DNA from: Heptranchias perlo
Lineage: Eukaryota
Length of the DNA: 64,000 nucleotides
Reading direction: 5' to 3'
Assembly: GCF_035084215.1 (NCBI RefSeq)
Contig: NC_090363.1
Coordinates: forward strand, 9,362,001-9,426,000
The position numbers and the translations under genes are program-made. The notes under the pieces are model-generated. The model saw nothing but the letters and a program-made list of their open reading frames with translations, did not search any database and was not told the origin of the DNA. Shown here piece by piece: positions 1 through 12,832 of this stretch (the stretch's first letter is position 1; each line of letters opens with the position of its first letter).

Positions 1-245
1 GCACTGCACCGTGTCAGAGGGCAGCACAGTCGCACCAAAAACCGTCCACCCCCAGAGCTCCCTGGCACAAAATAGAGGCCGAGTGTTTCCTTTGCAGTGA
101 GTGAGAGTAACGTTGGGTCTCTCCTCCCCCCTCCCCCCACCTCTGCTCCCCTCCCCCCATCTCTCCTTCCCTCCTCCCGGCCCGCTCCAAAACTGCTCAC
201 CAAGTCCTGGGAGTGGGATGCCCGGCTCCTGACTGTGGGTGGTGT

Positions 246-638
246 TTGGGTTGCCAACCCTCCAGGATTGCCCTGGAGTCTCCAGGAATTAAAGACCAAT
301 CTCCAGGACACTGCTGTGAGCAAAGCACCCTAGGGAGAAAAATCATAGGGGCGGTTAAAAATTGTGTTTATTTTTAAATTGTCTTTGAACGCTTTTGTTT
401 ATTAGTTATAAAAATTTCGGACATGGGGAGAAAAGGCAGTTTGATTGACAGTCAAGAATCATCCAATCGGGTAATGAAGAGTCGTTTCGCTGTCCAATTG
501 GCCGTTGGAAGGTGGTGCGCTGGGAGAATGGGCATGTCGGGCGACCAATAAGAGGAGTGTGGGGGCGGGGCAGCCGGAGGCGGGAGGGTCATGTGATGAC
601 ACCTCCAGGAATATGTCCAACCAGAGTTGACAACCCTA
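246..638. mobile_element. Non-autonomous hAT-type DNA transposon (MITE)
   Basis: Terminal inverted repeats TTGGGTTGCCAAC (246-) and GTTGACAACCCTA (-638); flanking 8-bp near-duplication GGTGGTGT / GCTGGTGT (7/8), the hAT TSD length. Confidence 0.75.
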
Positions 639-879
639 GCTGGTGTGTGAGGCAAAGCAGCAAAGGGGAATGCGGAGAGAATGCTTTTAACAGTAGGGAG
701 TCTCGGTCTCACAATTAGCAAAACAAGCCTGGAAAGCAGGGTGGGCCTTGATTACAAGGAGGCGGAGCTTGGGATGACATCAGCGGGGAGGAGGCCCGGG
801 CAATGAATATGAATATTATGGTATAGGCAGTAACAAAGACGGTACAGTATGTGCTGCAGGCAGGCCAACTCATCTCAAC

Positions 880-1022
880 TGAATCACAAGGGAGTAAGAT
901 TATGCTTCAGTTGTACAGAGCCTTGGTCAAATCCCATCTGGAGTACTGCCTTCAGTTCTGGGCACCGCACCTCAGAAAGGCCTTGGAGAGGGTGCAACAC
1001 AGATTCACCAGAATGACACTGG
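880..1022 (+). mobile_element. CR1 LINE ORF2 fragment
   Basis: Translates as LQLYRALVKSHLEYCLQFWAPHLRK, homologous to the C-terminal part of the intact CR1 ORF2 at 55240-58188. Confidence 0.8.
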
Positions 1023-1034
1023 ATTTGACGATCT

Positions 1035-1410
1035 CATGACCTCCCAAAGCGCTTTACAGCCAATGAAGTACTTGTTTTTGAAGTGTAGTCACTGTTGTAA
1101 TGTAGAGAAACACCTCTACCAATTTGCGCACAGCAAGATCCCACAAACAGCAATGGCAATAATGATCAGATAATCTGATTTTTCGTGATGTTGGTTGAGG
1201 GATAAATATTGACCAGGACGCCGGGGAGAACTCCCCTGCTCTTCTTCGAAATAGCGGGCGTGGGATCTTTTACGTCCGCCTGAGAGGGCAGACGGGGCCT
1301 CGGTTTAACGTCTCATCCGAAAGACGGCACCTCCGACAATGCAGCACTCCCTCAGTACTGCATTGAAGTGTTGTCCTAGGTCATGTGCTCAGTCTCTGGA
1401 GTGGGACCCC
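1035..1410 (-). mobile_element. tRNA-derived Deu-domain SINE (SacSINE1/AmnSINE1-like)
   Basis: Reverse complement of the GATGAGACGTTAAACCGAGGCCCCGTCTGCCCTCTCAGG core and L2-like tail shared by at least six copies in the window. Confidence 0.8.
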
Positions 1411-1529
1411 TCCCCCCACCCCCAGTTGACCACTCATCTGCCGCAGTTTGCAGCTTCTAGAGCAAGGCGGGCCGCCCTAGCTGCACCCCTGTGGCGCAGG
1501 CATCCGCCGGTGGCATTGAAATGAAGGGA

Positions 1530-2005
1530 CTGCCCTCTGACCCCGTGAACTTTGGCGGGGTCGCCGATGAGGATCCCAGATTCATGCCTATGGGATCCCA
1601 ACGTTTATGCTGGGATATGTTGACGGTGAATTTATGGCCCCCTGGTGTGGACCTCGTACACCAAACCATCACTTGCGAACGTATTTGTGCCGTAATAGTG
1701 TCTCCCGATCGGCATTTCGGAAAACTTCTGCGGCAGATGAGATTCCAAAGTTCAGGAATTGTCGTGTGTGACGTCGGGTCAGGAGCAAGTTCTGGTTGAC
1801 GAGTCCCAGCGTTGAGAGGAATGTTGCACAACTTAAATCATGAATGACCCCCTCGACTATCAGTGAGATGTGCCATTATCTCCGTAGAGGGAGGTACATT
1901 CTTAGCTGTAGTAACATAATCATTACACCACTGTACCCGTTAATCTATTAGCTCCTTCAACGATATTCACCTTCTCCATATTTGAGAGTTCCCGGCTGCA
2001 CTTTA
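1530..2005 (-). pseudogene. Decayed Ty3/Gypsy reverse-transcriptase fragment
   Basis: Collinear motifs across shifting minus frames: RELSNMEKVNIVE, HISLIVEGVIHDLSCATF, PLNAGTRQPELAPD, LNFGISSAAEVFRNA.RETL, SDGLVY, DPAKV. These match the Gypsy RT order (LDLNAGYHQLEL...LNFGISSAAEVFQ...DDILV...DPAKV). Confidence 0.6.
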
Positions 2006-2024
2006 TTTCAGATATAGAATGACA

Positions 2025-2420
2025 GAATTTTAAGGCACAGAAGGAGACCATTCGGCCCATCGCGCCTGTGCCGGCTCTCTGAGAGAACGATCCAATCAGT
2101 CCCACTCCCCTGCCCTCTCCCTGTACCCTTTCAAATGCTTCTTCCTCAAATATTTATCCACTTGCCTTTTAAGCCATGATCTCATTGAATGGCAGAACAG
2201 GCTCGAGGGGCTGAATGGCCTACGCCTGCTCCTGTGTTCCTAATGGCCGTGATGGATTATACTTCTACCACTGTTTCTGATAGGGGACTGCATGTTCTAA
2301 CGACCTACTGTATTAAAACACACTCCTGACCTTTCCCTTTGTTCTTTTGGTGATGAAGCTAAATGTGTGTCCTCTAGTTAGCGACTAACCGACCAGTGAA
2401 TATAATTATTCCTGATTTCA
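2025..2420 (-). mobile_element. CR1 LINE 3' end fragments
   Basis: CR1 3' terminus (reverse complement of GGGCCGAATGGTCTCCTTCTGTGC), with a short opposite-strand CR1 tail at about 2175-2240. Confidence 0.65.
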
Positions 2421-2689
2421 ACTTTTCAGATTTCCGCTGAACCCCTTGCATTGGGATGAAATTGTTGCTACTGTGTGGTTCCACTGTGTGTATTCTTGTG
2501 TAAATCTGTAGTTGGACTTGGAAATCTGCCTATTCTCTGGAAGTCAGAACGGTCAGCACAGCGTACATCCACTGGGAAGATATTTTCCATCTTGAAACTG
2601 CCAAGCTCATTATCTGGCACAGTCCCCAGGTCTATTGGCGTCAGTTAATTCAGTAAACAACCAGTACTCCTTTCCTCTCCTCCCCTTAC

Positions 2690-5520
2690 AGTCACCCTAC
2701 TGCTTCCTCCCCCACCCCCCACAGTTCCTCTACTGTGCTCCTTCCTCCTCCCTCCCCTACTGTCCTTCTACCATCTCCTTCCCTCTCCCTCCCCAATATT
2801 CCCCCACTGCCTCCTTCCCCTCCCCCACATTCCCCCTACTACCTCCTTCACCCTCCCCCACATTCCCCCTACTGCTCCTTCCCCTCCCCTCCTCACAGTT
2901 CCACTACTGTCTCCTTCCCCCCTCCCCACATTCCCCCTACTGCTCCTTCCCCTCCTCACAGCTCCACTACTGTCTCCTTCCCCCCTCCCCACATTCCCCC
3001 TACTACCTCCTTCACCCTCCCCCACATTCCCCCTACTGCTCCTTCCCCTCCCCTCCTCACAGTTCCACTACTGTCTCCTTCCCCCCTCCCCCACATTCCC
3101 CTACTGCCTCCTTCCCCCTCCCCTGCCCACATTCCCCCTCCCCTCCCCACATTCCCCCGACTACCTCCTTCACCCTCCCCCACATTCCCCCTACTACCTC
3201 CTTCACCCTCCCCCACATTCCCCCTACTGCTCCTTCCCCTCCCCTCCTCACAGTTCCACTACTGTCTCCTTCCCCCCTCCCCCACATTCCCCTACTGCCT
3301 CTTTCCCCTCCTCACAGTCCCACTACTGTCTCCTTTCCCCTCCCCACATTCCCCGACTGCCACCTTCCCTCTCCCCTCCCCACATTCCCCCACTGCCTCC
3401 TTCCCCCTCCCCTCCCCACATTCCCCCACTGCCTCCTTCCCCCTCCCCTCCCCACATTCCCCCACTGCCTCCTTCCCTCTCCCCTCCCCACATTCCCCCA
3501 CTGCCTCCTTCCCCCTCCCCTCCCCACATTCCCCTACTGCCTCCTTCCCCCTCCCCTCCCCACGTTCCCCCAACTGCCTCCTTCCCCCTCCCTCCCCCAC
3601 ATTCCCCCTACTGCCCCCCAATCACCACCCTCTCACATTCCCCCTACTGCCCCCCAATCACCTCCCCCCACAGTCCCCCACTGCCTCCTTCCCCCTCCAC
3701 ACATTCCCCCAACCGCCTCCTTCCCCCTCCCCACATTCCCCCAACCGCCTCCTTCCCCCTCCCTCCCCACATTCCCCCTACTGTCTCCTTCCCCCTCCCC
3801 ACATTCCCCCGACCGCCTCCTTCCCCCTCCCTCCCCACATTCCCCCTACCACCTCCTTCCCCCTCCCCACATTCCCCCGACTGCCTCCTTCCCCCTCCCC
3901 ACATTCCCCCTACTACCTCCTTCACCCTCCCCCACATTCCCCCTACTGCTCCTTCCCCTCCCCTCCTCACAGTTCCACTACTGTCTCCTTCCCCCCTCCC
4001 CCACATTCCCCTACTGCCTCCTTCCCCCTCCCCTGCCCACATTCCACCTCCCCTCCCCACATTCCCCCTACTACCTCCTTCACCCTCCCCACATTCCCCC
4101 TACTACCTCCTTCACCCTCCCCCACATTCCCCCTACTACCTCCTTCCCCCCTCCCCCACATTCCCCTACTGCCTCCTTCCCCCTCCCCTGCCCACATTCC
4201 ACCTCCCCTCCCCACATTCCCCCTACTACCTCCTTCACCCTCCCCACATTCCCCCTACTACCTCCTTCACCCTCCCCCACATTCCCCCTACTACCTCCTT
4301 CACCCTCCCCCACATTCCCCCTACTGCCTCTGTCCCCTCCTCACAGTCCCACTACTGTCTCCTTCCCCCTCCCCACATTCCCCTACTGCCTCCTTCCCCC
4401 TCCCTCCCCACATTCCCCCACTGCCTCCTTCCCCCTCCCCTCCCCACATTCCCCTACTGCCTCCTTCCCCCTCCCCTCCCCACGTCCCCCAACTGCCTCC
4501 TTCCCCCTCCCTTCCCCACATTCCCCCTACTGCCCCCCAATCACCACCCTCTCACATTCCCCTACTGCCCCCCAATCACCTCCCCCCACAGTCCCCCACT
4601 GCCTCCTTCCCCCTCCACACATTCCCCCTACCGCCTCCTTCCCCCTCCCCACATTCCCCCTACCGCCTCCTTCCCCCTCCCCCACATTCCCCCGACCGTC
4701 ACCTTCCCCCTCCCCACATTCCCCCTACCGCCTCCTTCCCCCTCCCCCACATTCCCCCTACTGCCTCCTTCCCCTCTCACATTCCCCTACTGCCCCCCAA
4801 TCACCTCCCCCCACAGTCCCCCACTGCCTCCTTCCCCCTCCCCACATTCGCCCTACCGCCTCCTTCCCCCTCCCCACAGTCCCCCCACTGCCCCCCAATC
4901 ACCTCCCCCCACAGTCCCCTACTGCCTCCTTCCCCCTCTCACATTCCCCTACTGCCCCCCAATCACCTCCCCCCACAGTCCCCGACCGCCTCCTTCCCCC
5001 TCCCCACATTCGCCCTACCGCCTCCTTCCCCCTCCCCCACAGTCCCCCACTGCCTCCTTCCCCCTCCCCACATTCGCCCTACCGCCTCCTTCCCCCTCCC
5101 TCCCCACATTCCCCCCTACCCGCCTCCTTCCCCCTCCCTCCCCACATTCCCCCTACCGCCTCCTTCCCCCTCCCTCCCCACATTCCCCCTACCGCCTCCT
5201 TCCCCCTCCCTCCCCACATTCCCCCGACTGCCTCCTTCCCCCTCCCCACATTTCCCTACTGCCTCCTTCCCCCTCCCTCCCTCCCTCCCTCCCCCACATT
5301 CCCCCTACTGCCACCTAACCACCCCCTCACATTCCCCTACTGCCTCCTTCCCCCTCCCCACATTTCCCCTACCGCCTCCTTCTCCCTCCCTCCCCCACAT
5401 TCTCCCTACTGCCTTCTTCCCCCTCCCCCACATTCCTCCTACCGCCTCCTTCCCCCTCGTTCCCCCACATCCCCCCTACTGCCTCCTCCCTCCCCCCCCT
5501 CCCTCCCCCTCTTCCCCCTC
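2690..5520. repeat. C-rich minisatellite (core CCCCACATTCCCCCTACTGCCTCCTTCCCCCT)
   Basis: About 2.8 kb of degenerate ~30-bp units with higher-order blocks; the long Pro-rich ORFs are artefacts of this repeat. Confidence 0.95.
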
Positions 5521-6062
5521 CAACCAGGAGGGAGGAGGCAGTAGGCGGGATGTGGGGGGAAAGAGGCGGTAGGAGGAATGTGGGGGAGGGGGGAAGAAGG
5601 CAGTCGGGAGCCTATTGGCGCCTGGTAATTGAGTAAATAATGGTGCCTGCATGTCACAGGATGCTGCCTGCCAGAGTTTTGTTTTGAATTAACTTTGCAT
5701 CGGACTTCTCCATGCTAGGCACAAAACAATGAGAAGGAAAAGGGAGGGGCCCCTTTCGGTCGGTGTTTGGCCGTTTGGCCAAGGTGGTCTGCACTCTCGG
5801 TGTTGAGCTGCTTTATTCTTCTACCAGGTTCCTGGGCCGCTCGTGTCTCCTCTGCTTTGCCAGGTTTTCATGCTTCTATTTATAACTGCCTCACCCTTCA
5901 CCCCAAACGTCCTTCAGCTATTCGCAGAGTGAATTGGAAATGTATTTTATCCCTTTGATTTCCCTCATGCCTCCAACTGTCTCCTGTTAATATCACTTCT
6001 CCCAATTAACCATCTCTTGTTTTCTACTTAAGCGGCTTACAGCTCATTCTACCTTTTCTCTC

Positions 6063-6258
6063 GTGTGTGTGCATGTATGTGTGTGTGGCTGTGTCTGCCT
6101 GTGTGTGTATGTGTGTCTGTATCTGTATATGTGTGTGTATATGCGTCTGTTTGTATATGTGAATGTGTCTGCATGTCTATCTGTGTGTCTGTGTGTGTGT
6201 GTGTGTGTTTGTCTGTGCCTCTATGTGTGTGTGTGTGTCTGTGTGCCTGTGTGTGTGA
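6063..6258. repeat. Degenerate (GT)n microsatellite
   Basis: Interrupted GT/GTCT/GTAT dinucleotide run. Confidence 0.95.
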
Positions 6259-6361
6259 GATTCCTCCGGTCTGATGACGTCAATTGCAGTGCATGAGCAC
6301 AGCGCCTGGCTGTTGAGAATCAATGTCCTGGCTGCTGTTCCTGTGCACTTTCCAGGTATAC

Positions 6362-9300
6362 TGAGGTGGGGGTGGGGGGGGAGAATGATCCCTATCTAAT
6401 GGAGATGGGGTGGGGGGAGAGAGAATGTGGTCCAGGTCTAAGGGGGGGGAGAGAGAGAATGTGATCCAGGTCTAAGGGGGGGGGGGGGGGAGAGAGAGAA
6501 TGTGACCCAGGTCTAAGGTGGGGGGGGGAAGAGAGAGAATGTGACCCAGGTCGAAGGGGGGGGGGGGGAGAGAGAGAGAGAATGTGACCCAGGTCTAAGG
6601 GGGAGGGGGGAGAGAGAGAGAGAATGTGACCCAGGTCTAAGGGGGAGGGGGGAGAATGTGACCCAGGTCTAAGGAGGGGGGGGGGAAGAGAGAGAATGTG
6701 ACCCAGGTCAAAGGGGGGGGGGAGAGAGAGAGAGAATGTGACCCAGGTCTAAGGGGGAGGGGGGAGAATGTGATCCAGGTCAAAGGGGAGGGGGGAGAAT
6801 GTGATCCAGGTTTAAGGGGGAGGGGAGGAGAATGTGATCCAGGTCAAAGGGGGAGGGGGGGAGAATCTGATCCAGGTTTAAGGGGGAGGGGGGGGAGAAT
6901 GTGATCCAGGTTTAAGGGGAGGGGAGGGAGAATGTGATCCAGGTCTGGGGGAGGGGAAGGGGGAGAATATGATCCAGGTCTGGGGGGGAGGGGGGAGGGG
7001 GAGAATGTGATCCAGGTCTTGGGGGAGGGGGAAGGGGGAGAATGTGATCCAGGTTTAAGGGGGGGAAGAATGTAATCCAGGTCTAAGGGGGAGGGGGAGG
7101 GAGAATGTGATCCAGGTCTAAGGGGAGGGGAAGGGGGAGAATGTGATCCAGGTCTGGAGGGGGGAGAGAGAGAATGTGATCCAGGTCTGGAGGGGGGGAG
7201 AGAGAGAATGTGATCCAGGTCTGGAGGGGGGAGAGAGAGAATGTGATCCAGGTCTGGAGTGGGGAGAGAGAGAATGTGATCCAGGTCTGGGGGGGAAGGG
7301 GAAGGGAGAATGTGATCCAGGTCTAAGGGCGGGGGGGGGGAATGTGATCCAGGTCTAAGGGGGAGGGGGGAGAATGTGATCCAGGTTTAAGGGGGAGGAG
7401 GGGACAATGTGATCCAGGTTTAAGGGGGAGGGGGGAGAATGTGATCCAGGTCAAAGGGGAGGGGGGAGAATCTGATCCAGGTTTAAGGGGGAGGAGGGGA
7501 GAATGTGATCCAGGTTTAAGGGGGAGGGGGGAGAATGTGATCCAGGTTTAAGTGGGAGAGGGGAGAATGTGATCCAGGTTTATGGCAGGGGGAGAGGGGA
7601 GAATGTGATCCAGGTCTAAGGGGGAGGGGGGGGAGAATGTGATCCAGGTCTGGGGGGGAGGGGGGAGGGGGAGAATGTGATCCAGGTCTTGGGGGGAGGG
7701 GGAAGGGGGAGAATGTGATCCAGGTTTAAGGGGGGGGAGAATGTAATCCAGGTCTAAGGGGGAGGGGGAGGGAGAATGTGATCCAGGTCTAAGGGGAGGG
7801 GGAAGGGGGAGAATGTAATCCAGGTTTAAGGCAGGGGGAGAGAGAGAATGTGATCCAGGTCTAAGGGGGAGGGGGGGAGAATGTGATCCAGGTCTAAGGG
7901 GAGGGGAGGGAGAATGTGATCCAGGTCTGGGGGGGAGGGGGGAGGGGAGAATGTGATCCAGGTCTGGGGGGGGAGGGGGAGAATGTGATCCAGGTCTGGG
8001 GGGGGGAGGGGGAAGAGGGAGAATGTGATCCAGGTTTAAGGGGGGGGGGAATGTAATCCAGGTCTAAGGGGAGGGGGAGGGAGAATGTGTTCCAGGTCTA
8101 AGGGGGGGGAGGGGGAGAATGTGATCCAGGTTTAAGGGGGGGGGGGAGAGAGAATGTGATCCAGGTCTAAGGGGAGGGTGAAGGGGGAGAATGTGATCCA
8201 GGTCTGGAGGGGGGAAGAAAGAGAATGTGATCCAGGTCTAAGGGGAGGGAGGGAGAATGTGATCCAGGTCTAAAAGGAGGGGGAGAATGTGTTCCAGGTC
8301 TGGGGCGAGGGGGGAGGGAGAATGTGATCCAGGTCTCGGGGGGGAGGGGGAGGGGAGAATGTGATCCAGGTCTAAGCGGGGGGGGGAGGGAGAATGTGAT
8401 CCAGGTCTAAGGGGGAGGGGGAGAACGTGATCCAGGTCTGGGGGGGAGGGGAGGGAGAATGTGATCCAGGTCTAAGGGGGAGGGGGAGGAAGAATGTGAT
8501 CCAGGTCTAAGGGGGAGGGGGGAGAATGTGATCCAGGTCTAAGGAGGAGGGGGAGGGAGAATGTGATCCAGGTCTGGGCGAGGGGGGGGGGGAATGTGAT
8601 CCAGGTCTAAGGGGGGGGAGGGGGAGAATGTGATCCAGGTCTAAGGTGGGGGAGGGGGGATAATGTGATCCAGGTCTGGGGGGAGAAAGGGGGAGAATGT
8701 GATCCAGGTCTAAGGGAGGGGGAGAGGGAGAATGTGATCCAGATCTGGGGGGGGGGGAAGGAGGGGGGAGGGAGAATGTGATCCAGGTCTGGGGGGGGTG
8801 CGGGGGGGAGGGAGAGGGAGAATGTGATCCAGGTCTAAGGTGGGGGGGGAGGGAGAGGGAGAATGTGATCCAGGTCTAAAGTGGGGGAGGAGGGGCGGAG
8901 AATGTGATTCAGGTCTAAGGTGGGGGGGGAGGGAGAGGAGAATGTGATCCAGGTCTAAAGTGGGGGGGGGAGGGGGAGGAGAATGTGATTCAGGTCTAAG
9001 GTGGGGGGCGAGGGAGAGGGAGAATGTGATCCAGGTCTAAAGTGGGGGAGTAGGGGGAGGAGAATGTGATCCAGGTCTAAAGTGGGGGAGGAGGGGGCGG
9101 AGAATGTGATCCAGGTCTAAAGTGGGGGGGGAGGGGGCGGAGAATGTGATCCAGGTCTATGGTGGGGGGGGAGGGAGAGGAGAATGTGATCCAGGTCTAA
9201 GTTGGGGGGGGAGGGACAGGAGAATGTGATCCAGGTCTAAAGTGGGGGGGGGAGGGGGAGGAGAATGTGATCCAGGTCTAAGGTGTGGGGGGAGGGTGAG

Positions 9301-12290
9301 GAGAATGTGATCTAGGTCTAAAGTGGCAGGGGAGGGGGAGGAGAATGTGATTCAGGTCTAAGGTGGGGGGGAGGGAGAGGGAGAATGTGATCCAGGTCTA
9401 AGGTGGGGGAGGAGGGGGCGGAGAATGTGATCCAGGTCTAAAGTGGGGGGGGAGGGGGAGGAGAATGTGATCCAGGTCTAAGGTGTGGGGGGAGGGTGAG
9501 GAGAATGTGATCTAGGTCTAAAGTGGCAGGGGAGGGGGAGGAGAATGTGATTCAGGTCTAAGGTGGGGGGGAGGGAGAGGGAGAATGTGATTCAGATCTA
9601 AGGTGGGGGAGGAGGGGGAGGAGAATGTGATTCAGGTCTAAGGTGGGGGGCGAGGGAGAGGGAGAATGTGATCCAGGTCTAAAGTGGGGGAGGAAGGGGA
9701 GGAGAATGTGATCCAGGTCTGGGGGGGGGGGGTGCGGGGGGGAGGGAGAGGGAGAATGTGATCCAGGTCTGAGGTTGGGGGGGGAGGGAGAGGGAGAATG
9801 TGATCGAGGTCTAAGGTGGTGGGGGAGGGGGCGGAGAATGTGATCCAGGTCTAAGGTGGGGGGGGAGGGAGAGGAGAATGTGATCCAGGTCTAAGGTGGG
9901 GGAAGAGAATGTGATCCAGGTCTAAGGTGGGGGAAGAGAATGTGATCCAGGTCTAAGGTGGTGGGGGAGGGGGCGGAGAATGTGATCCAGGTCTAAGGTG
10001 GGGGGGGAGGGAGAGGAGAATGTGATCCAGGTCTCAGGTGGGGGAGGAGGGGGAGGAGAATGTGATCCAGGTCTGAGGTGGGGGAGGAGAATGTGATCCA
10101 GGTCTGCGGTGGGGGAGGACGGAGTGGGAGAATGTGATCCAGGTCTAAGGTGGGGGGGGAGGGGGAGGAGAATGTGATCCAGGTCTGAGGTGGGGGAGGA
10201 GGGGGAGGAGAATGTGATCCAGGTCTAAAGTGGGGGAGGAGGGGAAGGAGAATGTGATCCAGGTCTGAGGTGGGGGAGGAGGGGGAGGAGAATGTGATCC
10301 AGGTCTGAGGTGGGGGAGGACGGAGTGGGAGAATGTGATCCAGGTCTGAGGTGGCGGGGGGAGGGGGAGGAGAATGTGATCCAGGTCTGAGGTGGGGGGG
10401 TGGGAGAAGGAGAATGTGATCCAGGTCTAAGGTGGGGGGGAGGGGGAGGAGAATGTGATCCAGGTCTAAGGTGGGGGTGGCGCGAGAGGGAGAATGTGAT
10501 CCAGGTCTGAGGTGGCGGGGGGAGGGAGAGGGAGAATGTGATCCAGGTCTGAGGTGGCGGGGGGAGGGAGAGGGAGAATGTGATCCAGGTCTAAGGTGGG
10601 GGTGGCGCGAGAGGGAGAATGTGATCCAGGTCTAAAGTGGGGGAGGAGGGGGAGGAGAATGTGATCCAGGTCTAAGGTGGGGGAGGAGGGGGAGGGGGAG
10701 GAGAATGTGATCCAGGTCTGAGGTGGGGGTGGCGCGAGAGGGAGAATGTGATCCAGGTCTAAAGTGGGGGAGGAGAATGTGATCCAGTTCTGAGGTGGGG
10801 GGGGGAGGGAGAGGGAGAATGTGATCCAGGTCTAAAGTGGGGGAGGAGAATGTGATCCAGGTCTGAGGTGGGGGTGGCGCGAGAGGGAGAATGTGATCCA
10901 GGTCTAAAGTGGGGGAGGAGAATGTGATCCAGGTCTAAGATGGGGGAGGAGGGGGAGGAGAATGTGATCCAGGTCTAATGTGGGGGAGGAGGGGGAGGAG
11001 AATGTGATCCAGGTCTAATGTGGGGGAGGAGGGGGAGGAGAATGTGATCCAGGTCTAATGTGGGGGAGGAGGGGTCAGAGAATGTGATCCAGGTCTGGGG
11101 GGGGTGCGGGGGGGGAGGAGAATGTGATCCAGGTCTAAGGTGGGGGGGGAGGGAGAGGGAGAATGTGATCCAGGTCTAAGGTGGGGGAGGAGAATGTGAT
11201 CCAGGTCTGAGGTGGGGGAGGAGAATGTGATCCAGGTCTGGGGTGGGGGAGGAGAATGTGATCCAGGTCTGAGGTGGGGGGAGAGGGAGAGGGAGAATGT
11301 GATCCAGGTCTAAAGTGGGGGAGGAGAATGTGATCCAGGTCTGAGGTGGGGGGTGAGGGAGAGGGAGAATGTGATCCAGGTCTAAGGTGGGGGAGGAGGG
11401 GGAGGAGAATGTGATCCAGGTCTGAGGTGGGGGAGGAGAATGTGATTCAGGTCTAAGGTGGAGGGGGAGGGGAGGAGAATGTGATCCAGGTCTGAGATGG
11501 TGGGGGAGGGAGAGGGAGAATGTGATCCAGGTCTAAAGTGGGGGAGGAGAATGTGATCCAGGTCTGAGGTTGTGGGGGGAGGGAGAGGGAGAATGTGATC
11601 CAGGTCTAAGGTGGGGGGGGAGGGAGAGGGAGAATGTGATCCACGTCTAAGGTGGGGGAGGAGGGGGAGGAGAATGTGATCCAGGTCTAAAGTGGGGGAG
11701 GAGGGGGCGGAGAATGTGATCCAGGTCTGGGGGGGTGCGGGGGGCGGAGGGAGAGGGAGAATGTGATCCAGGTCTAAGGTGGAGGGGGAGGGGAGGAGAA
11801 TGTGATCCAGGTCTGAGGTGGGGGGGAGGGAGAGGGAGAGGGAGAATGTGATCCAGGTCTAAAGTGGGGGAGGAGAATGTGATCCAGGTCTGAGGTGGGG
11901 GGGGAGGGAGAGGGAGAATGTGATCCAGGTCTAAAGTGGGGGAGGAGGGGGAGGAGAATGTGATCCAGGTCTAAGGTGGGGGGGCGGGAGGGAGAGGGAG
12001 AATGTGATCCAGGTCTAAGGTGGGGGAGGAGGGGGAGGAGAATGTGATCCAGGTCTAAGGTGGGGGAGGAGGGAGAGGGAGAATGTGATCCACGTCTAAG
12101 GTGGGGGGGGAGGGGGAGGAGAATGTGATCCAGGTCTAAGTTGGGGGAGGAGGGAGAGGGAGAATGTGATCCAGGTCTAAGGTGGGGGAGGAGGGGGCGG
12201 AGAATGTGATCCAGGTCTGTGGGGGTGCGGGGGGTGGAGGGAGAGGGAGAATGTGATCCAGGTCTAAGGTGGGGGAGGAACATGGACCAG
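6362..12290. repeat. G-rich minisatellite, core GAGAATGTGATCCAGGTCT(A/G)AG plus variable G/A spacer
   Basis: About 5.9 kb with well over 100 units of ~30-50 bp; nearly invariant 19-22-bp core separated by G-run spacers. Confidence 0.97.
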
Positions 12291-12832
12291 GTGGGACACC
12301 CGATGACATCACTCTCAGCGCATGCTAAAAAGCTATGGCTCCGCTCGTGACCTCACCTCCGATGACATCACCCTCACCCGTTCTTGTTAAGTGAAATACG
12401 CCCTCACTAATCCAACCCCACACCTCAAATTATGTCAGATCGCTGTGCTTGTGAGAACATAAGGAAACAAATATAACTTTGCAAGATTACAGCTGTCAAA
12501 TGGAATGTTTTGATTGATAACTGAATAACACTCAATTGTTATGAGTCTCTTTGTCCATTCATTAATTTTACTTTTCAAATGTTTTATTCGGTAATCAGCC
12601 CAATGATTGGATTGGCAGATATAATCAAAGTCACATGGGCTGTACCCTTTTGGGGCATTGAATATAGGAACAGTTTGCAGCTTAGGTCGGAGGGCAGCCC
12701 AGGAAGAAGAAAGCTGAGGGCTACAGCCAAAGTAGTACATCTTATCGTGCCTCCCAAACTGGGCGATCACCAAATCCGATAATTTATGAATGTTAGTACA
12801 TAACAACATTTAGGTTAGGAAACTTAGTACAT

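Noticed and set aside
2635-5572. 969-aa and 945-aa Pro-rich ORFs
   Set aside because: Open in several frames and on both strands only because the C-rich repeat lacks stop codons; non-ATG starts.
6362-12290. CRISPR-like constant repeat with variable spacers
   Set aside because: Spacers are low-complexity G/A runs related to each other, the context is eukaryotic and there are no cas genes; it is a minisatellite.
12435-12809. 124-aa minus ORF with an ECYSVI tyrosine motif
   Set aside because: No splice acceptor linking it to gene A; AT-rich with AATAAA, more like UTR or intergenic sequence.
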